NCBI GenBank assembly: GCA_963708025.1
Contig: CAVPSB010000029.1
Location: 32,001 to 96,000, forward strand
DNA from: an uncultured Candidatus Rokubacteria bacterium
GTDB lineage: Bacteria > Methylomirabilota > Methylomirabilia > Rokubacteriales > DASRDR01
Reading direction: 5' to 3'
Length of the DNA: 64,000 bases
The notes beneath the pieces are model-generated. The model did no database searches and was not told the origin of the DNA. It worked only from the letters and a program-made list of their open reading frames with translations. The position numbers were made by a program, and so were the translations under genes. This document shows, piece by piece, positions 1-9,668 of the stretch; positions within the stretch are counted from its first letter, which is position 1, and each line of letters opens with the position of its first letter.

Positions 1-7
1 CGAAGGC

Positions 8-1414
8 GTGTCGAACGTCATGACCAAGCTGCTCGAGTGGGGCCGACTCATGGGCTATCTCGAGCAGTTGACACGCTACATTCCGTACACAGATCGGCCG
101 GGCGGTCGGTGGCGATACCATATACCTCAGGAGCTGGCCACATTTCCAGATGTGCAGGAGCGGTACGTTTCGACGCTAGACTTGGCTTTCAGCACCTACG
201 CGCGATGGCTCGGTCCGATGCAGGAGCATTTCGAGCGGCGGCATCCCCGCCAGCCGGGAGACTCGGAAGACGCCTACCGGAGTCACAGAAATATCATCCG
301 GGCCAAGGCCCTCGACACGCTCCGCGGCCTCCTGCCCGCAGCGACGCTCGCCAACCTTGGGCTCTACGGGAGCGGACAGGCCTACGAAGCCCTTCTCCTC
401 AGGCTCCGCGCGAACCCACTGGCCGAGGCTCAGCTCTGCTTCGATCTCATGCTGACCGAGTTGCGCAAGGTGATCCCCGCGTTCCTCCAGCGGGTTGACG
501 TCCCGAGCCGGGGTGGAGCGTGGTCGCAGTATCTCCGCGAAACCCGGGAGGCGACGCGGTCAGTGGCGCAGCGCCTGCTCGCCCAGATGGAGCCCGAGTC
601 TCGGCCGGAGGTCGTGCTCACCGACTTCGACTCGGAGGGCGAGGTGAAGGTGGTGGCGGCCGCGCTCTACGCGGTGTCAGAGCTACCCGACGACCAGCTG
701 CTCGCGGTCGCCCGGCGGATGTCCGTGGCCGACCGTACGGCGGTCCTCCGAGCCTACGTCGGGGAGCGAACCAACCGCCGCCACAAACCGGGTCGGGCCT
801 TCGAGCGCACGACGTATCGCTTCGACGTCCTCACCGACTACGGCGCCTTCCGCGACCTTCAGCGCCATCGGCTCCTCACGCTTGAATGGCAAGCGCTGAA
901 TCCACGCCACGGCTACGACATGCCCGAAGCGGTGAGCGACGCGGGTGCCGGTGATGCGTGGCGTCGCGTGATGGACGCTTCGGCGGGCCTTCACGCTACG
1001 CTGACGAACACCGGGCTGGCCATGATCGCGCCGTATGCGGTGTGCATGGCCTATCGCGTCCGCTTCTACATGGAGATGAACGCCCGGGAGGCCATGCACC
1101 TTGTGGAGCTGCGGACTGCGCGGCAAGGTCACCCGAGCTATCGGCGCGTCTGTCAGCAGATGCATTGGCTCATTGCGACTCATCACCCGGCGATTGCAGG
1201 GGCCATGGGCCACGTGGACCAATCGACGGTGGAGCTTGAGCGCCGGGATGGTGAGTTGCGCACGGAGACACGACGCTTTTATCGGATCCGCGAGGAACTC
1301 GGCCTGGGATTCGTGACCTGCCAGGTGGAACCTGGATTGGAAGACGGATTGGCTCCCGCAGCCCCGTTGAAGTCCATGCAGCTCCACATCGGGAATGGCC
1401 CCAGAGCGCAGTGA
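8..1414 (+). CDS. thyX: FAD-dependent thymidylate synthase (ThyX/Thy1-like, tandem-domain type), probably 5'-truncated by the window
   Basis: Motifs RAKALDTLRGLLP, FRDLQRHR, MNAREAMHLVELR..GHPSYR; two Thy1-like halves. Confidence 0.8.
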   Translation: MSNVMTKLLEWGRLMGYLEQLTRYIPYTDRPGGRWRYHIPQELATFPDVQERYVSTLDLAFSTYARWLGPMQEHFERRHPRQPGDSEDAYRSHRNIIRAKALDTLRGLLPAATLANLGLYGSGQAYEALLLRLRANPLAEAQLCFDLMLTELRKVIPAFLQRVDVPSRGGAWSQYLRETREATRSVAQRLLAQMEPESRPEVVLTDFDSEGEVKVVAAALYAVSELPDDQLLAVARRMSVADRTAVLRAYVGERTNRRHKPGRAFERTTYRFDVLTDYGAFRDLQRHRLLTLEWQALNPRHGYDMPEAVSDAGAGDAWRRVMDASAGLHATLTNTGLAMIAPYAVCMAYRVRFYMEMNAREAMHLVELRTARQGHPSYRRVCQQMHWLIATHHPAIAGAMGHVDQSTVELERRDGELRTETRRFYRIREELGLGFVTCQVEPGLEDGLAPAAPLKSMQLHIGNGPRAQ

Positions 1415-1415
1415 G

Positions 1416-1835
1416 ATGAAGCTCACGATGCTTCTGGCCGACGCCGTCCAGGCCGTGAATGGGAAGCTCTACGTGCTGGGAGGCGGGTGGTCGATCACCG
1501 GGCCCGATCCGGCGCCATCCGCGCTCGGCATCAAGATCGACGTTCCGTGGGACGAGGGGAACAAGAAGCATCGGTTCCGGCTGGCACTCGCCGACGCCGA
1601 CGGCCGTCCCGTGATGGTTCCGGGCAGTCAGTCGCCGGTCGAGGTGTCGGGCGAGTTCGAGGCCGGGCGACCAGCGGGTCTCCGGCCGGGCACGCCGCTC
1701 GATGTCGTGCTGGCGCTGAACATTGGCCCCCTGCTGCTCGAGCCCGACGCGCGATACGTCTGGCGGGCGTGGATCGACGAGCAGACCCGGGAGGACTGGG
1801 AAGTCAGCTTCTCGACCCGCGGAAAGGCGCGGTAG
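1416..1835 (+). CDS. Conserved hypothetical protein (DUF6941-like beta-sandwich)
   Basis: MKLTMLLADAVQAVNGKLYVLGGGW N-terminus; ATG at 1416 directly after thyX stop. Confidence 0.65.
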   Translation: MKLTMLLADAVQAVNGKLYVLGGGWSITGPDPAPSALGIKIDVPWDEGNKKHRFRLALADADGRPVMVPGSQSPVEVSGEFEAGRPAGLRPGTPLDVVLALNIGPLLLEPDARYVWRAWIDEQTREDWEVSFSTRGKAR

Positions 1836-1839
1836 CCCG

Positions 1840-2037
1840 GTGGATCGATCTGGTTACACGACGCGTCTCCGCCGCCTCGGCGAGGATGACGACCGCTATC
1901 TGGATCAGTTGTCACCCGCCGAGCGCATGAATCTCGTCTGGCCACTCACCCTGCAAGCCTGGGGCTTCAAAGAGGGGCTGACGGATGAACCGCGACTTCT
2001 TCGACATGTTGTCCGCACTGTCCGCGGAGGGCGTTGA
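1840..2037 (+). CDS. Small protein partnering a nucleotidyltransferase (putative antitoxin/MNT-associated)
   Basis: GTG at 1840; 65 aa, ..LSPAERMNLVWPLTLQAW..EPRLLRHVVR; overlaps the downstream NTase. Confidence 0.55.
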   Translation: MDRSGYTTRLRRLGEDDDRYLDQLSPAERMNLVWPLTLQAWGFKEGLTDEPRLLRHVVRTVRGGR

Positions 2038-2431
2038 GTTCCTTGTCGTCGGCGCATACGCCCTCGCTGCCCACGGATTGCCGAGGGCCACGGGCGACCT
2101 GGACATCTGGGTGCGGCCGAGCGCCGACAACGCGGACCGCGTGTTGCGTGCGCTTCGATCCTTCGGGGCGCCCATGTTCGATCTGACTCGCGAAGACTTG
2201 CTGAGACCGGACACGGTCTTCCAGATCGGCGTCGTCCCCAACCGCATCGACTTGCTCACCGGCGTCACCGGCGTGACGTTCGAGGAGGCCTGGCCTTCGC
2301 GCACCACCGTGGCTTTCGAGGGGCTGGTGGCTCCGATCATTGGCCTCGACGAGCTGCTGCGCAACAAGGAGGCGACGGGTCGGCCTCAAGACGTGGCCGA
2401 CGCTGCTTGGCTCCGAAGCCGCAAGAAGTAG
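1985..2431 (+). CDS. Minimal nucleotidyltransferase (Pol-beta superfamily, DUF6036-like)
   Basis: VGAYALAAHG.PRATGDLD signature and C-terminal K..TGRPQD..D. Confidence 0.8.
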   Translation: MNRDFFDMLSALSAEGVEFLVVGAYALAAHGLPRATGDLDIWVRPSADNADRVLRALRSFGAPMFDLTREDLLRPDTVFQIGVVPNRIDLLTGVTGVTFEEAWPSRTTVAFEGLVAPIIGLDELLRNKEATGRPQDVADAAWLRSRKK

Positions 2432-2486
2432 CCGCCGTCCCGGGCCGGTATACTGTGAGCATCGACATCCGACAGTGGAGGAGCCG

Positions 2487-2849
2487 ATGCTGACGCGTTC
2501 GATCGCCATGGCGCTGCTGATGGTGGCGCCGCTCGCCGTCTGGCCGGCGCCCCTGGCCGCCCATCACGGCTGGAGCGGCTACGACTCGAGCAAGACCTTG
2601 AACCTGACCGGCGTGATCCGCGAGTCGGGTTACGAGCACCCGCACGGGTACATCAAGCTGGAGGTGCCCGGGAAGACCTGGCTCGTGGTGCTGGCGCCGC
2701 CGTCGCGCATGGAGAACCGTGGGCTCCCGCGCGCGATGCTCGTGCCCGGAGTGACCGCGACGGTCGTCGGCTACCCGAACCGCACCGATCCCGACGAGAT
2801 GCGAGCGGAGCGGATCACCGTCAATGGCAAGACCGTCGAGCTCCGCTGA
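2487..2849 (+). CDS. Exported OB-fold-like protein (DUF6152-like)
   Basis: Signal peptide then AHHGWSGYD and Y.HPH motifs; GGAGGAG RBS. Confidence 0.7.
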   Translation: MLTRSIAMALLMVAPLAVWPAPLAAHHGWSGYDSSKTLNLTGVIRESGYEHPHGYIKLEVPGKTWLVVLAPPSRMENRGLPRAMLVPGVTATVVGYPNRTDPDEMRAERITVNGKTVELR

Positions 2850-2886
2850 CCGCGTCGTTCCGCTGATGGTGGAGTAGCCCGGTCCC

Positions 2887-3381
2887 GTGCACCCCGTCAC
2901 GGGTCCGGCCTGGCAGGTCTGGCTGGAGACGAGCGCGCTCGCCGTCGCGATGCGCCAGTGGACGTGGCTCTACCCGGGGGTCGAGGTCGCCCATATCCTG
3001 GGCTTCGTCCTCGTGGTCGGCGCGGCGGTCATGTTCGACCTGCGCCTGCTCGGGCTCTCGCGCCAGCTGCCGGTCGCCGACCTGGCGCGACACCTCCTGC
3101 CGTGGTCGTGGGCGGGGCTGGCTCTCGTGCTGCCGACCGGCCTCATGATGTTCACCGCCCACGCCACCGAGATGGCGGCCAACCCGGCGCTGCGCCTGAA
3201 GCTCGTCCTGCTGGGGGCCGCCGGAGTCAACGCCGTCGTCTTCGAGCGCTGGACGTTCCGGTCGGTGTCGAACTGGAACCGGGAGGCCGCGGCGCCGGCG
3301 GCCGCCCGGCTGGCCGCGGTCCTCTCGCTGGCCCTGTGGGCCGGCGTGATCTCCTGCGGCCGCCTCCTGGCGTACCTCTAG
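2887..3381 (+). CDS. Four-TM membrane protein (DUF6644/CopD-like)
   Basis: E.AHILG...FDLRLLG..GRLLAY pattern; usually paired with DUF6152. Confidence 0.7.
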   Translation: MHPVTGPAWQVWLETSALAVAMRQWTWLYPGVEVAHILGFVLVVGAAVMFDLRLLGLSRQLPVADLARHLLPWSWAGLALVLPTGLMMFTAHATEMAANPALRLKLVLLGAAGVNAVVFERWTFRSVSNWNREAAAPAAARLAAVLSLALWAGVISCGRLLAYL

Positions 3382-3382
3382 G

Positions 3383-4564
3383 TTAGGGGACGCGGGCGAA
3401 CTCGGCCTTGGCCGCCTCGACGGCCGCGGGGTTCGCCAGCAGGTCGAGCGCGGTCATCGCCAGCGTCTTGGCCGCCACCAGCATGCCGGCCCGGGCCATG
3501 GGCGAGGCCGCCGCCTCGGTGAAGTCGCGGGAGTGGTTCGGCGTGTCGCCCGGCGCGATGCGGATGTACGGGTGGATCATCGGCAGCGCCTGGCTCACGT
3601 TGCCGGCGTCGGTGGAGCCGTAGCCGCCGGTGTCGTCGGCGTCGATCGGGAAGCCGAGGCGCCCGAGGTTCTCGCCGAACAGCTCGGCCATCACCATGTT
3701 CGGCCGGACGGGGTCGTGGATGATCGGGTCGAAGGTGACGACCACCCGGCACCCGGTCTGGGTCGCCGCCCCTTCCGCCGCCGCCTCGAACCGGCTCCGC
3801 AGCTCGCCGAGGTATGCCTTGGCCGGGGCGCGCAGGTAGAACTCGGCCGCGGTGTACTCGGGGATGATGTTGGCCTGCTGGCCGCCGACCGTGATGATGC
3901 CGTGGATCCGGGAGTCCGGCCGGATCTGCTGGCGCATGGCGTCGAGCGCGTTGAAGAGGCCGATCACCGCGTTCAGCGCGTTGACCCCCTGCCAGGGCGC
4001 CGCCGAGGCGTGCGCCGCCTTGCCGAAGTACTCGACCTTCACCTTGGTGAGGCCGAGCGATCCGCGCCAGAGCTTCGTGCGGCAGAGCGGGTGGATCATC
4101 ATGGCGGCGTCCACGCTGGCGAAGACGCCGGCCTGGAGGAGGCGGACCTTGCCGGCGCCCCCTTCCTCCGCGGGCGTGCCGACCACGACGACCCGACCCG
4201 GGAACGGCAGGCCGGCGGCCCCCGCCAAGGCGGCCCCGGCCCCAATCGCGGATGTCGCGATGATGTTGTGGCCGCAGGCGTGGCCGATCGCCGGGAGGGC
4301 GTCGTACTCGGCGAGGATCGCCAGGGTCGGGCCGGGGCTAGCGCCCGGCACCTCGGCCCGGAAGGCCGTCGGCACGCCTCCCACGCCTCGCTCGACGCGG
4401 CAGCCCCGCTTCTCGAGGAACTCGGTCAGCCAGGCCGCCGCCTTTTCCTCCTTGTAGGCCAGCTCCGGGTTGGCGTGGATGCGGAGGGCCAGCTCCCACA
4501 GCTCCTCGGCCAGCTCCTCCACGGTCTCGTCCACGCGGACTTTGAGGGTCTCCAGGTCGGTCAT
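3383..4564 (-). CDS. M20 family amidohydrolase (PM20D2/AbgB-like)
   Basis: HANPELAYKE, EYDALP.IGHACGHN, GTPAEEGG, GSTDAGNVS. Confidence 0.9.
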   Translation of the reverse strand: MTDLETLKVRVDETVEELAEELWELALRIHANPELAYKEEKAAAWLTEFLEKRGCRVERGVGGVPTAFRAEVPGASPGPTLAILAEYDALPAIGHACGHNIIATSAIGAGAALAGAAGLPFPGRVVVVGTPAEEGGAGKVRLLQAGVFASVDAAMMIHPLCRTKLWRGSLGLTKVKVEYFGKAAHASAAPWQGVNALNAVIGLFNALDAMRQQIRPDSRIHGIITVGGQQANIIPEYTAAEFYLRAPAKAYLGELRSRFEAAAEGAATQTGCRVVVTFDPIIHDPVRPNMVMAELFGENLGRLGFPIDADDTGGYGSTDAGNVSQALPMIHPYIRIAPGDTPNHSRDFTEAAASPMARAGMLVAAKTLAMTALDLLANPAAVEAAKAEFARVP

Positions 4565-4583
4565 CGTTCCTCCCGGGGTGTCG

Positions 4584-4677
4584 TCAGTTCGGGACCTCCC
4601 GCCCACCCCCCCAACCCCCCTCCCCCACCCACCGGGGAGGGGGGGGTCGGAGGACCCATTCCTTCACACGCTCTCAG
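4584..4677. repeat. Dispersed intergenic repeat family 1, copy A
   Basis: TCAGTTCGGGACCTCC...GGAGGACCCATTCCTTCACACGCTCTCAG; related copies at 16521, 29920 and 43082. Confidence 0.85.
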
Positions 4678-4720
4678 TAGGTGAATGGAGAATCAGGCTC
4701 ACACGGCCCGCGCGAGGGTG

Positions 4721-5608
4721 TCAAGGCCTCGGGGCGCGGAAATGGCGCTCGCGCTCGAGCAGCTCGGGCACCTCGAAGAGCGCGTTGAAGTCGGCGAAGG
4801 GCGTGAGGCGATCGTCGAGTCCGGCCGCCTCGCCGGTCTGCCGGAGCGCGTCGAGGTAGCCCGCCATGGCGCGGGTGGCGGCGAACAGGGTCTGGACGGG
4901 CAGCAGGACGATCGCGTAGCCGAGGGCGGCGAGCTGGCGGATCGGCGGCAGCGGGCTCCGGCCACCCGGGGCGTAGTTGAACAGGCAGGGCGCCGCCAGC
5001 CTCCGCGGGATCGCCTCGACCTCGGCCAGCGTCGTCGGCGCCTCGACGAACAGCACGTCGGCGCCCGCCTTCACGTAGGCCTCGGCCCGGGCCAGGGCGT
5101 CGTCGAAGCCCGTCACCGCGATGGCGTCCGTGCGCGCGATGAGCAGGAGGTCGGGGTCGCGCCGGGCCGCGGCCGCCGCCCGGATCTTCGCCTCCATCTC
5201 CTCGCGCGGCACGACCTCCTTGCCCGCCAGGTGGCCGCAGCGCTTCGGCCAGACCTGGTCCTCGAGGTGCAGCGCCGCCACCCCCGCCGCCTCGTAGAGC
5301 CGCACGGTCCGCTCCACGGCGAGGGCGCCGCCGTATCCGGTGTCGGCGTCGGCGACGAGAGGGATCCGGACGGCGGACGCGATCTGGCGGACGTTCTCCA
5401 CCATGTCGGTCAGCCCCGCGAAGCCGAGATCGGGGAGGCCGAGCCGCGCCGCCGAGGTGCCGTAGCCGGTCATGTAGACCGCGCCGAAGCCGGCGCGCTC
5501 GACGAGCCGCGCCGAGACGCCGTCGTAGGCGCCCGGAATCACCAGCCCGGCGCGCCGCTCGACCAGGCGGCGCAGCGCCGCCCGGGGCGACGGGTCCGGG
5601 CCGCTCAT
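4721..5608 (-). CDS. Isocitrate lyase/PEP mutase superfamily C-C lyase (PrpB/dimethylmalate lyase-like)
   Basis: DADTGYG, HLEDQVWPKRCGH, IARTDA; ATG at 5608. Confidence 0.88.
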   Translation of the reverse strand: MSGPDPSPRAALRRLVERRAGLVIPGAYDGVSARLVERAGFGAVYMTGYGTSAARLGLPDLGFAGLTDMVENVRQIASAVRIPLVADADTGYGGALAVERTVRLYEAAGVAALHLEDQVWPKRCGHLAGKEVVPREEMEAKIRAAAAARRDPDLLLIARTDAIAVTGFDDALARAEAYVKAGADVLFVEAPTTLAEVEAIPRRLAAPCLFNYAPGGRSPLPPIRQLAALGYAIVLLPVQTLFAATRAMAGYLDALRQTGEAAGLDDRLTPFADFNALFEVPELLERERHFRAPRP

Positions 5609-6729
5609 GCCGCGCCCGCCGGCTGCCGCTCCGCCGCCCGGGCGGTCGCGATGCGCTCCTCCAGCGACGGGTGCGTCGCGAAGAGCCACTCCTTCAGGCG
5701 GCTCGGGCGGCGCTCGGCGAGGTTCAGCCGGCCGAGACGCTCCATGGCGGCGACGAAGGCGCCCGGGGCCCGGGTCACCGCGAGGGCCTCGGCGTCGGCC
5801 TCGCGCTCGAGCCGCCGGGACCAGGCGGCGGCGAGCGGTGTGACGAGGAGCCCGAGCCCGGTCAGGATCAGCGCCAGCAGCGGGATCCCGGCCGGATCGG
5901 CGGGATCGGCCAGGCCGAGCGGCCCGCTGGCCGCGCGGAGCGCCGCGTGCGCGAGGGCGAAGACGACGAGGAGCAGGACCACCTGGACGGCCAGCCCCTT
6001 CGGGAGATGACTCCGGGCGTGGTGGGCCAGCTCGTGGGCGAGCACTACCTCGACCTCGTCGACCGGAAAGCTCGACAGCAGGGTATCGCTGACGAGGATC
6101 CGTCGCGTCCGGCCGAGCCCGACGACGGCGGCGTTGGCGGTCGGGCCCTTCCGCGAGACGTCGGCGACCAGGACCTCGGCGGCCACCACGCCGACGCGCG
6201 CCGCCAGGTCGAGCAGCCGCGCCCGCAGCACCGGGTCGTCGAGGGGCGTGAGCCGGTAGAAGAGCGGCACGATCCAGAGCGGCACCACCGCGGTCAGGAC
6301 GACGCTGGCCGCGGCGAGCGCCGCCACGCTCCAGAGCCACCAGCGGTCGGGACTCCAGGCGAGGAGCACGTAGAACAGCTCGAAGGCCAGGAGCCCGAGG
6401 ATGGCGCCGAGCGCGGCCGCCTTCGCCTTGTCGGCGAGCCAGGCGCCGAAGGACTGCGTGAGCAGCCCGGCCCGCCGGGGCAGCACGAAGCCGCGGAGCA
6501 CGTCGAGCGGGAAGGTCACGAGGGCGACGACCCCCCCGACGGCGGCGAGCGTCAAGGCCACGACCAGAGCCCGCGAGCCGAGCCGCCCGGCCAGGCCCGC
6601 CGCCAGCCCGGCAGCGGCGCCGGTCCCGAGCCAGGCGACGAGCCCCGCCACCGTGAGGAGGAAGGAGGCGATGGAGAGCCCGAGCTGCCGGCGATGGTAG
6701 CGGCGCGCCTCCGCGTCGGGGTCCGTCAT
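5605..6729 (-). CDS. M48 family Zn metalloprotease (Ste24/HtpX-like)
   Basis: HELAH, E..AD, THPSLEERI; several TM segments. Confidence 0.88.
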   Translation of the reverse strand: MTDPDAEARRYHRRQLGLSIASFLLTVAGLVAWLGTGAAAGLAAGLAGRLGSRALVVALTLAAVGGVVALVTFPLDVLRGFVLPRRAGLLTQSFGAWLADKAKAAALGAILGLLAFELFYVLLAWSPDRWWLWSVAALAAASVVLTAVVPLWIVPLFYRLTPLDDPVLRARLLDLAARVGVVAAEVLVADVSRKGPTANAAVVGLGRTRRILVSDTLLSSFPVDEVEVVLAHELAHHARSHLPKGLAVQVVLLLVVFALAHAALRAASGPLGLADPADPAGIPLLALILTGLGLLVTPLAAAWSRRLEREADAEALAVTRAPGAFVAAMERLGRLNLAERRPSRLKEWLFATHPSLEERIATARAAERQPAGAA

Positions 6730-6829
6730 CGCAGCCAGGGTATCCGGGTCTCGGCACGCCGACAAGTCTGCAATTGACCGCGACCCGGGTGCCTTGACAA
6801 CCCACTTCGATTGGAGGACGCTCTGGCGC

Positions 6830-7168
6830 GTGACGGGTCGGACGGACGTCCACTCGCTGACCATGCTGCTCGTCGTTGCGGTGAGCATACTTGCCTTCGG
6901 GACGGGCTTGTTCACCCTCGGTCTGCCGGACACGCCAGGTGGGCCGGCGTACTACGACGGCGATGATGACGACGCCGGAATGGTCCCGGAACGGGTCACC
7001 GGAGTGCCCCAGCCGGCGGTCGTTGACACGCTCGCGCCGTTCGCCGCCCTCGATTCCGCCGATCGGGCAGTGCCGCGCGCCTCGTCAGCACGGCCTCCCG
7101 TCTTCCGGCCAGCCGATCTGCTGCAACGCGCTCCCCCACTCGCGCCGCCCGCCGGCCTTCTGATCTAG
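6830..7168 (+). CDS. Small membrane/secreted protein with C-terminal RAPP motif (putative arrest-peptide leader); start 6830 (GTG) or 6863 (ATG)
   Basis: Hydrophobic N-terminal segment, acidic YYDGDDDD, LLQRAPP near the end; TTGACA at 6794, GGAGG at 6813. Confidence 0.55.
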   Translation: MTGRTDVHSLTMLLVVAVSILAFGTGLFTLGLPDTPGGPAYYDGDDDDAGMVPERVTGVPQPAVVDTLAPFAALDSADRAVPRASSARPPVFRPADLLQRAPPLAPPAGLLI

Positions 7169-7353
7169 CCCAGTCGGGTACCCTGGATGCAGCGAGGGCG
7201 ACTTCGCCCCCGGGAAGTCGCGCTCACGATCCGGGATGAGTCTCGGGCCGGCCATTGCGCGTCGGCGTCGCGCCGGACGTCGTGGCCGGCGACGAGTCGG
7301 CGCGGCGCCAGCAGCGAGATGGCGCATCCTGATAACCGCAGGCAGGGGGAGCC

Positions 7354-8934
7354 TTGATCGCCATTGTCGGACAGAGCGTGCTCGATCGCGTGAAGCTGCC
7401 CGGTCGCCCCTGGGTGGAGCGACTGGGCGGCGCGCCGTTGTTCGCCGGCCAGGTGCTGGCGGCGGCGGGGGTCCCGGCCGTCATCCTCACCCGTGGCGCG
7501 ACCCCGGAATTGCGCCGGCCGCTCCATGCCCTCGGGCTTCCCGTCATCGAGGGGCCGGCCGCCGGCTCGTGCGTCTCCGAGATGGTTCTCTTCCCGGACG
7601 GCTCGTGTTCCGACAGCTTCCACGCCTTCGGAGATCCTTTCACGCCGGCCGATGTCCGCACCTGGATGGCCCCGGGGCTGGCGGAGGCGCGCGCCGTGGT
7701 CTGCGGGGCTCAGTGGCGGGACGACTTCCGGGCGCCGACCGTGGCCGCGCTGGCCAGCGCCGGGCGGCCCGTCTATCTCGACGGACAGGGACCGCTGCGC
7801 GCCCCGCGGACCGGCCCGATCTGTCTCGAGGGCCCGCTGCCTCGGGCGCTGCTCCGCCACCTGACCGTCCTCAAGCTCGCCGAGGAGGAAGCCCGGGTGG
7901 TGCTCGGCGGCGTCGACGCGACGGCGGCCCAGGACCTGGGAGTGCCCATCGTCGTGGTGACGCTGGGTGAGCGAGGCGCCGTCGTTCTCGCCGGCGGACG
8001 GGCGACGGCGGTCGGCGTCGAGCCGGTCCGGGACCTCGCCGACGCCGTCGGTGCCGGCGACGCATTCCTCGCGCTCATGGCCGCGGCCGCGGCGGACGGG
8101 GTCTCGCCCGTGGAGGCCGCCCGCGTCGCCTGCGCCGGTACGGCCGACATGCTTCGTCGCCGCCGGCCGGATGCGAGCAGCGGTGGCCCGGAGCCAGTCG
8201 GTGGCCCGCGTGAGTCGAGGAGGCCGACCGCCCCGCCAAAGGCGGTGCTGTTCGACTTCGGGGGTACGCTCGATGCGGATGGCGTCGCGTGGAAGGAGCG
8301 CGTGTACCGGCTCTTCCACGACGATGGTCTCGCCGGCGCCCGAAGTGAGTTCGATCCCATCTTCTACGCGGCAGACGACGCGCTGGTCGGCGCCATCCCC
8401 GGCACCCTGTCGTTCGGGGACACCGTACTCCGGCTGTTCCGCGGCGTTGCCAGCGGCCTCGGGCTGGCGGCACCCGAGCGCGAGGCGGTTCGCCTGGCCG
8501 CCCGATTCCGGGCAGACTCGCAGGCGCGACTGCAGGCCAACACAGCGCTCCTGCGGCGCCTCGCCGCCCGCTACCGGCTGGGCATCGTCTCGAACTTCTA
8601 CGGCAACCTGGCCACGGTCTGCGAGGAGGTGGGACTTCGCCCCTACTTCGCCACCCTCGTCGATTCGGCCGTCGTCGGATGCCGCAAGCCCGAGCCGGAG
8701 ATCTTCCACCGGGCCCTCGCTCATCTCGGCGTCGAGCCCGCCGCTGCCGTGTTCGTGGGCGACTCGCTTCGCCGGGACATGGCCGGCGCCGGCAACGTCG
8801 GCATGCCTCACGTGTGGCTCACCCCCGTCCCGGCGCCCGGGTCCGTCGGCGGCTCCGCTCACGTCAGCGGCCCGTGCTGCCCGGAGGACGACGTCATCCA
8901 TTCGCTCACCGAGCTCGACGAGCTGTTGCTGTGA
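7354..8934 (+). CDS. PfkB/ribokinase-family kinase fused to a HAD-superfamily hydrolase
   Basis: PfkB: LDGQG, LKLAEEEA, VTLGERG, DAVGAGDAF. HAD: LFDFGGTL, VSN, RKPEPEIF, VGDS..RDM.GA. Confidence 0.8.
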   Translation: MIAIVGQSVLDRVKLPGRPWVERLGGAPLFAGQVLAAAGVPAVILTRGATPELRRPLHALGLPVIEGPAAGSCVSEMVLFPDGSCSDSFHAFGDPFTPADVRTWMAPGLAEARAVVCGAQWRDDFRAPTVAALASAGRPVYLDGQGPLRAPRTGPICLEGPLPRALLRHLTVLKLAEEEARVVLGGVDATAAQDLGVPIVVVTLGERGAVVLAGGRATAVGVEPVRDLADAVGAGDAFLALMAAAAADGVSPVEAARVACAGTADMLRRRRPDASSGGPEPVGGPRESRRPTAPPKAVLFDFGGTLDADGVAWKERVYRLFHDDGLAGARSEFDPIFYAADDALVGAIPGTLSFGDTVLRLFRGVASGLGLAAPEREAVRLAARFRADSQARLQANTALLRRLAARYRLGIVSNFYGNLATVCEEVGLRPYFATLVDSAVVGCRKPEPEIFHRALAHLGVEPAAAVFVGDSLRRDMAGAGNVGMPHVWLTPVPAPGSVGGSAHVSGPCCPEDDVIHSLTELDELLL

Positions 8935-9668
8935 CGGACGCCTCGGCGCTCGACGGGGCGATCCTGGCCGCCGGGAGCGGCAGCCGCCTGCGCGGGGACG
9001 GCTGGACGATGCCCAAGCCCATGGTGCCGGTCGCGGGGATGCCGCTCATCGAGCACGTGATCCGGAATTTCATGGCCGCCGGCGTGACATCGCTCGTGAT
9101 CATCGTGAACGAGGAGGCCCGGGATTGCGCGCACTGGGTGCGACAGCGCTTCCCCGGCCTGGATCTCCGCTTCCTCATCCGGACGACGGCTTCGTCCCTG
9201 GAGAGCTTCCGGGAGATCGCTCGGCACGCCGTGGGTAGCCGCACGCTCGTCTCGACGGTCGATGCGTGGTGCCCGGTCGAGGACTTCGTTCGCTTCGTGG
9301 AGGCGGCCTGCCGCTGCCCGGACCCGGCGACGGTCCTGGCCGTCACCCCGTTCGTCGCGGACGAGCGGCCGCTGTGGGTGGAGATGGACGACGCCGGACG
9401 GGTGACGCAGTGCGGCGGCGATTCCGGCGCCTTCGTGACGGCGGGGATCTACCTCGTTCCGGAGCAGGTGCGCCGGATGACCCTGCCGCCGGGGCTGGGC
9501 CGACTTCGCGAATTCCTGAGCTGGCTGGTGGCGCGCGGCGAGGCCGTCTACGGGATACCCGTCCCGACCGTGATCGACGTGGATCGGACGAGCGACGTGA
9601 CGCTGGCCGAGGCGCTCGCCCGGGGCGGGCCCGGGGTCGGCGCCGCTCCCGGCGGGTCCCCTCGATGA
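8931..9668 (+). CDS. NTP transferase (sugar/polyol-phosphate nucleotidyltransferase)
   Basis: GAILAAGSGSRL...PKPMV and C-terminal IDVD; GTGA overlap with upstream stop. Confidence 0.85.
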   Translation: MTDASALDGAILAAGSGSRLRGDGWTMPKPMVPVAGMPLIEHVIRNFMAAGVTSLVIIVNEEARDCAHWVRQRFPGLDLRFLIRTTASSLESFREIARHAVGSRTLVSTVDAWCPVEDFVRFVEAACRCPDPATVLAVTPFVADERPLWVEMDDAGRVTQCGGDSGAFVTAGIYLVPEQVRRMTLPPGLGRLREFLSWLVARGEAVYGIPVPTVIDVDRTSDVTLAEALARGGPGVGAAPGGSPR

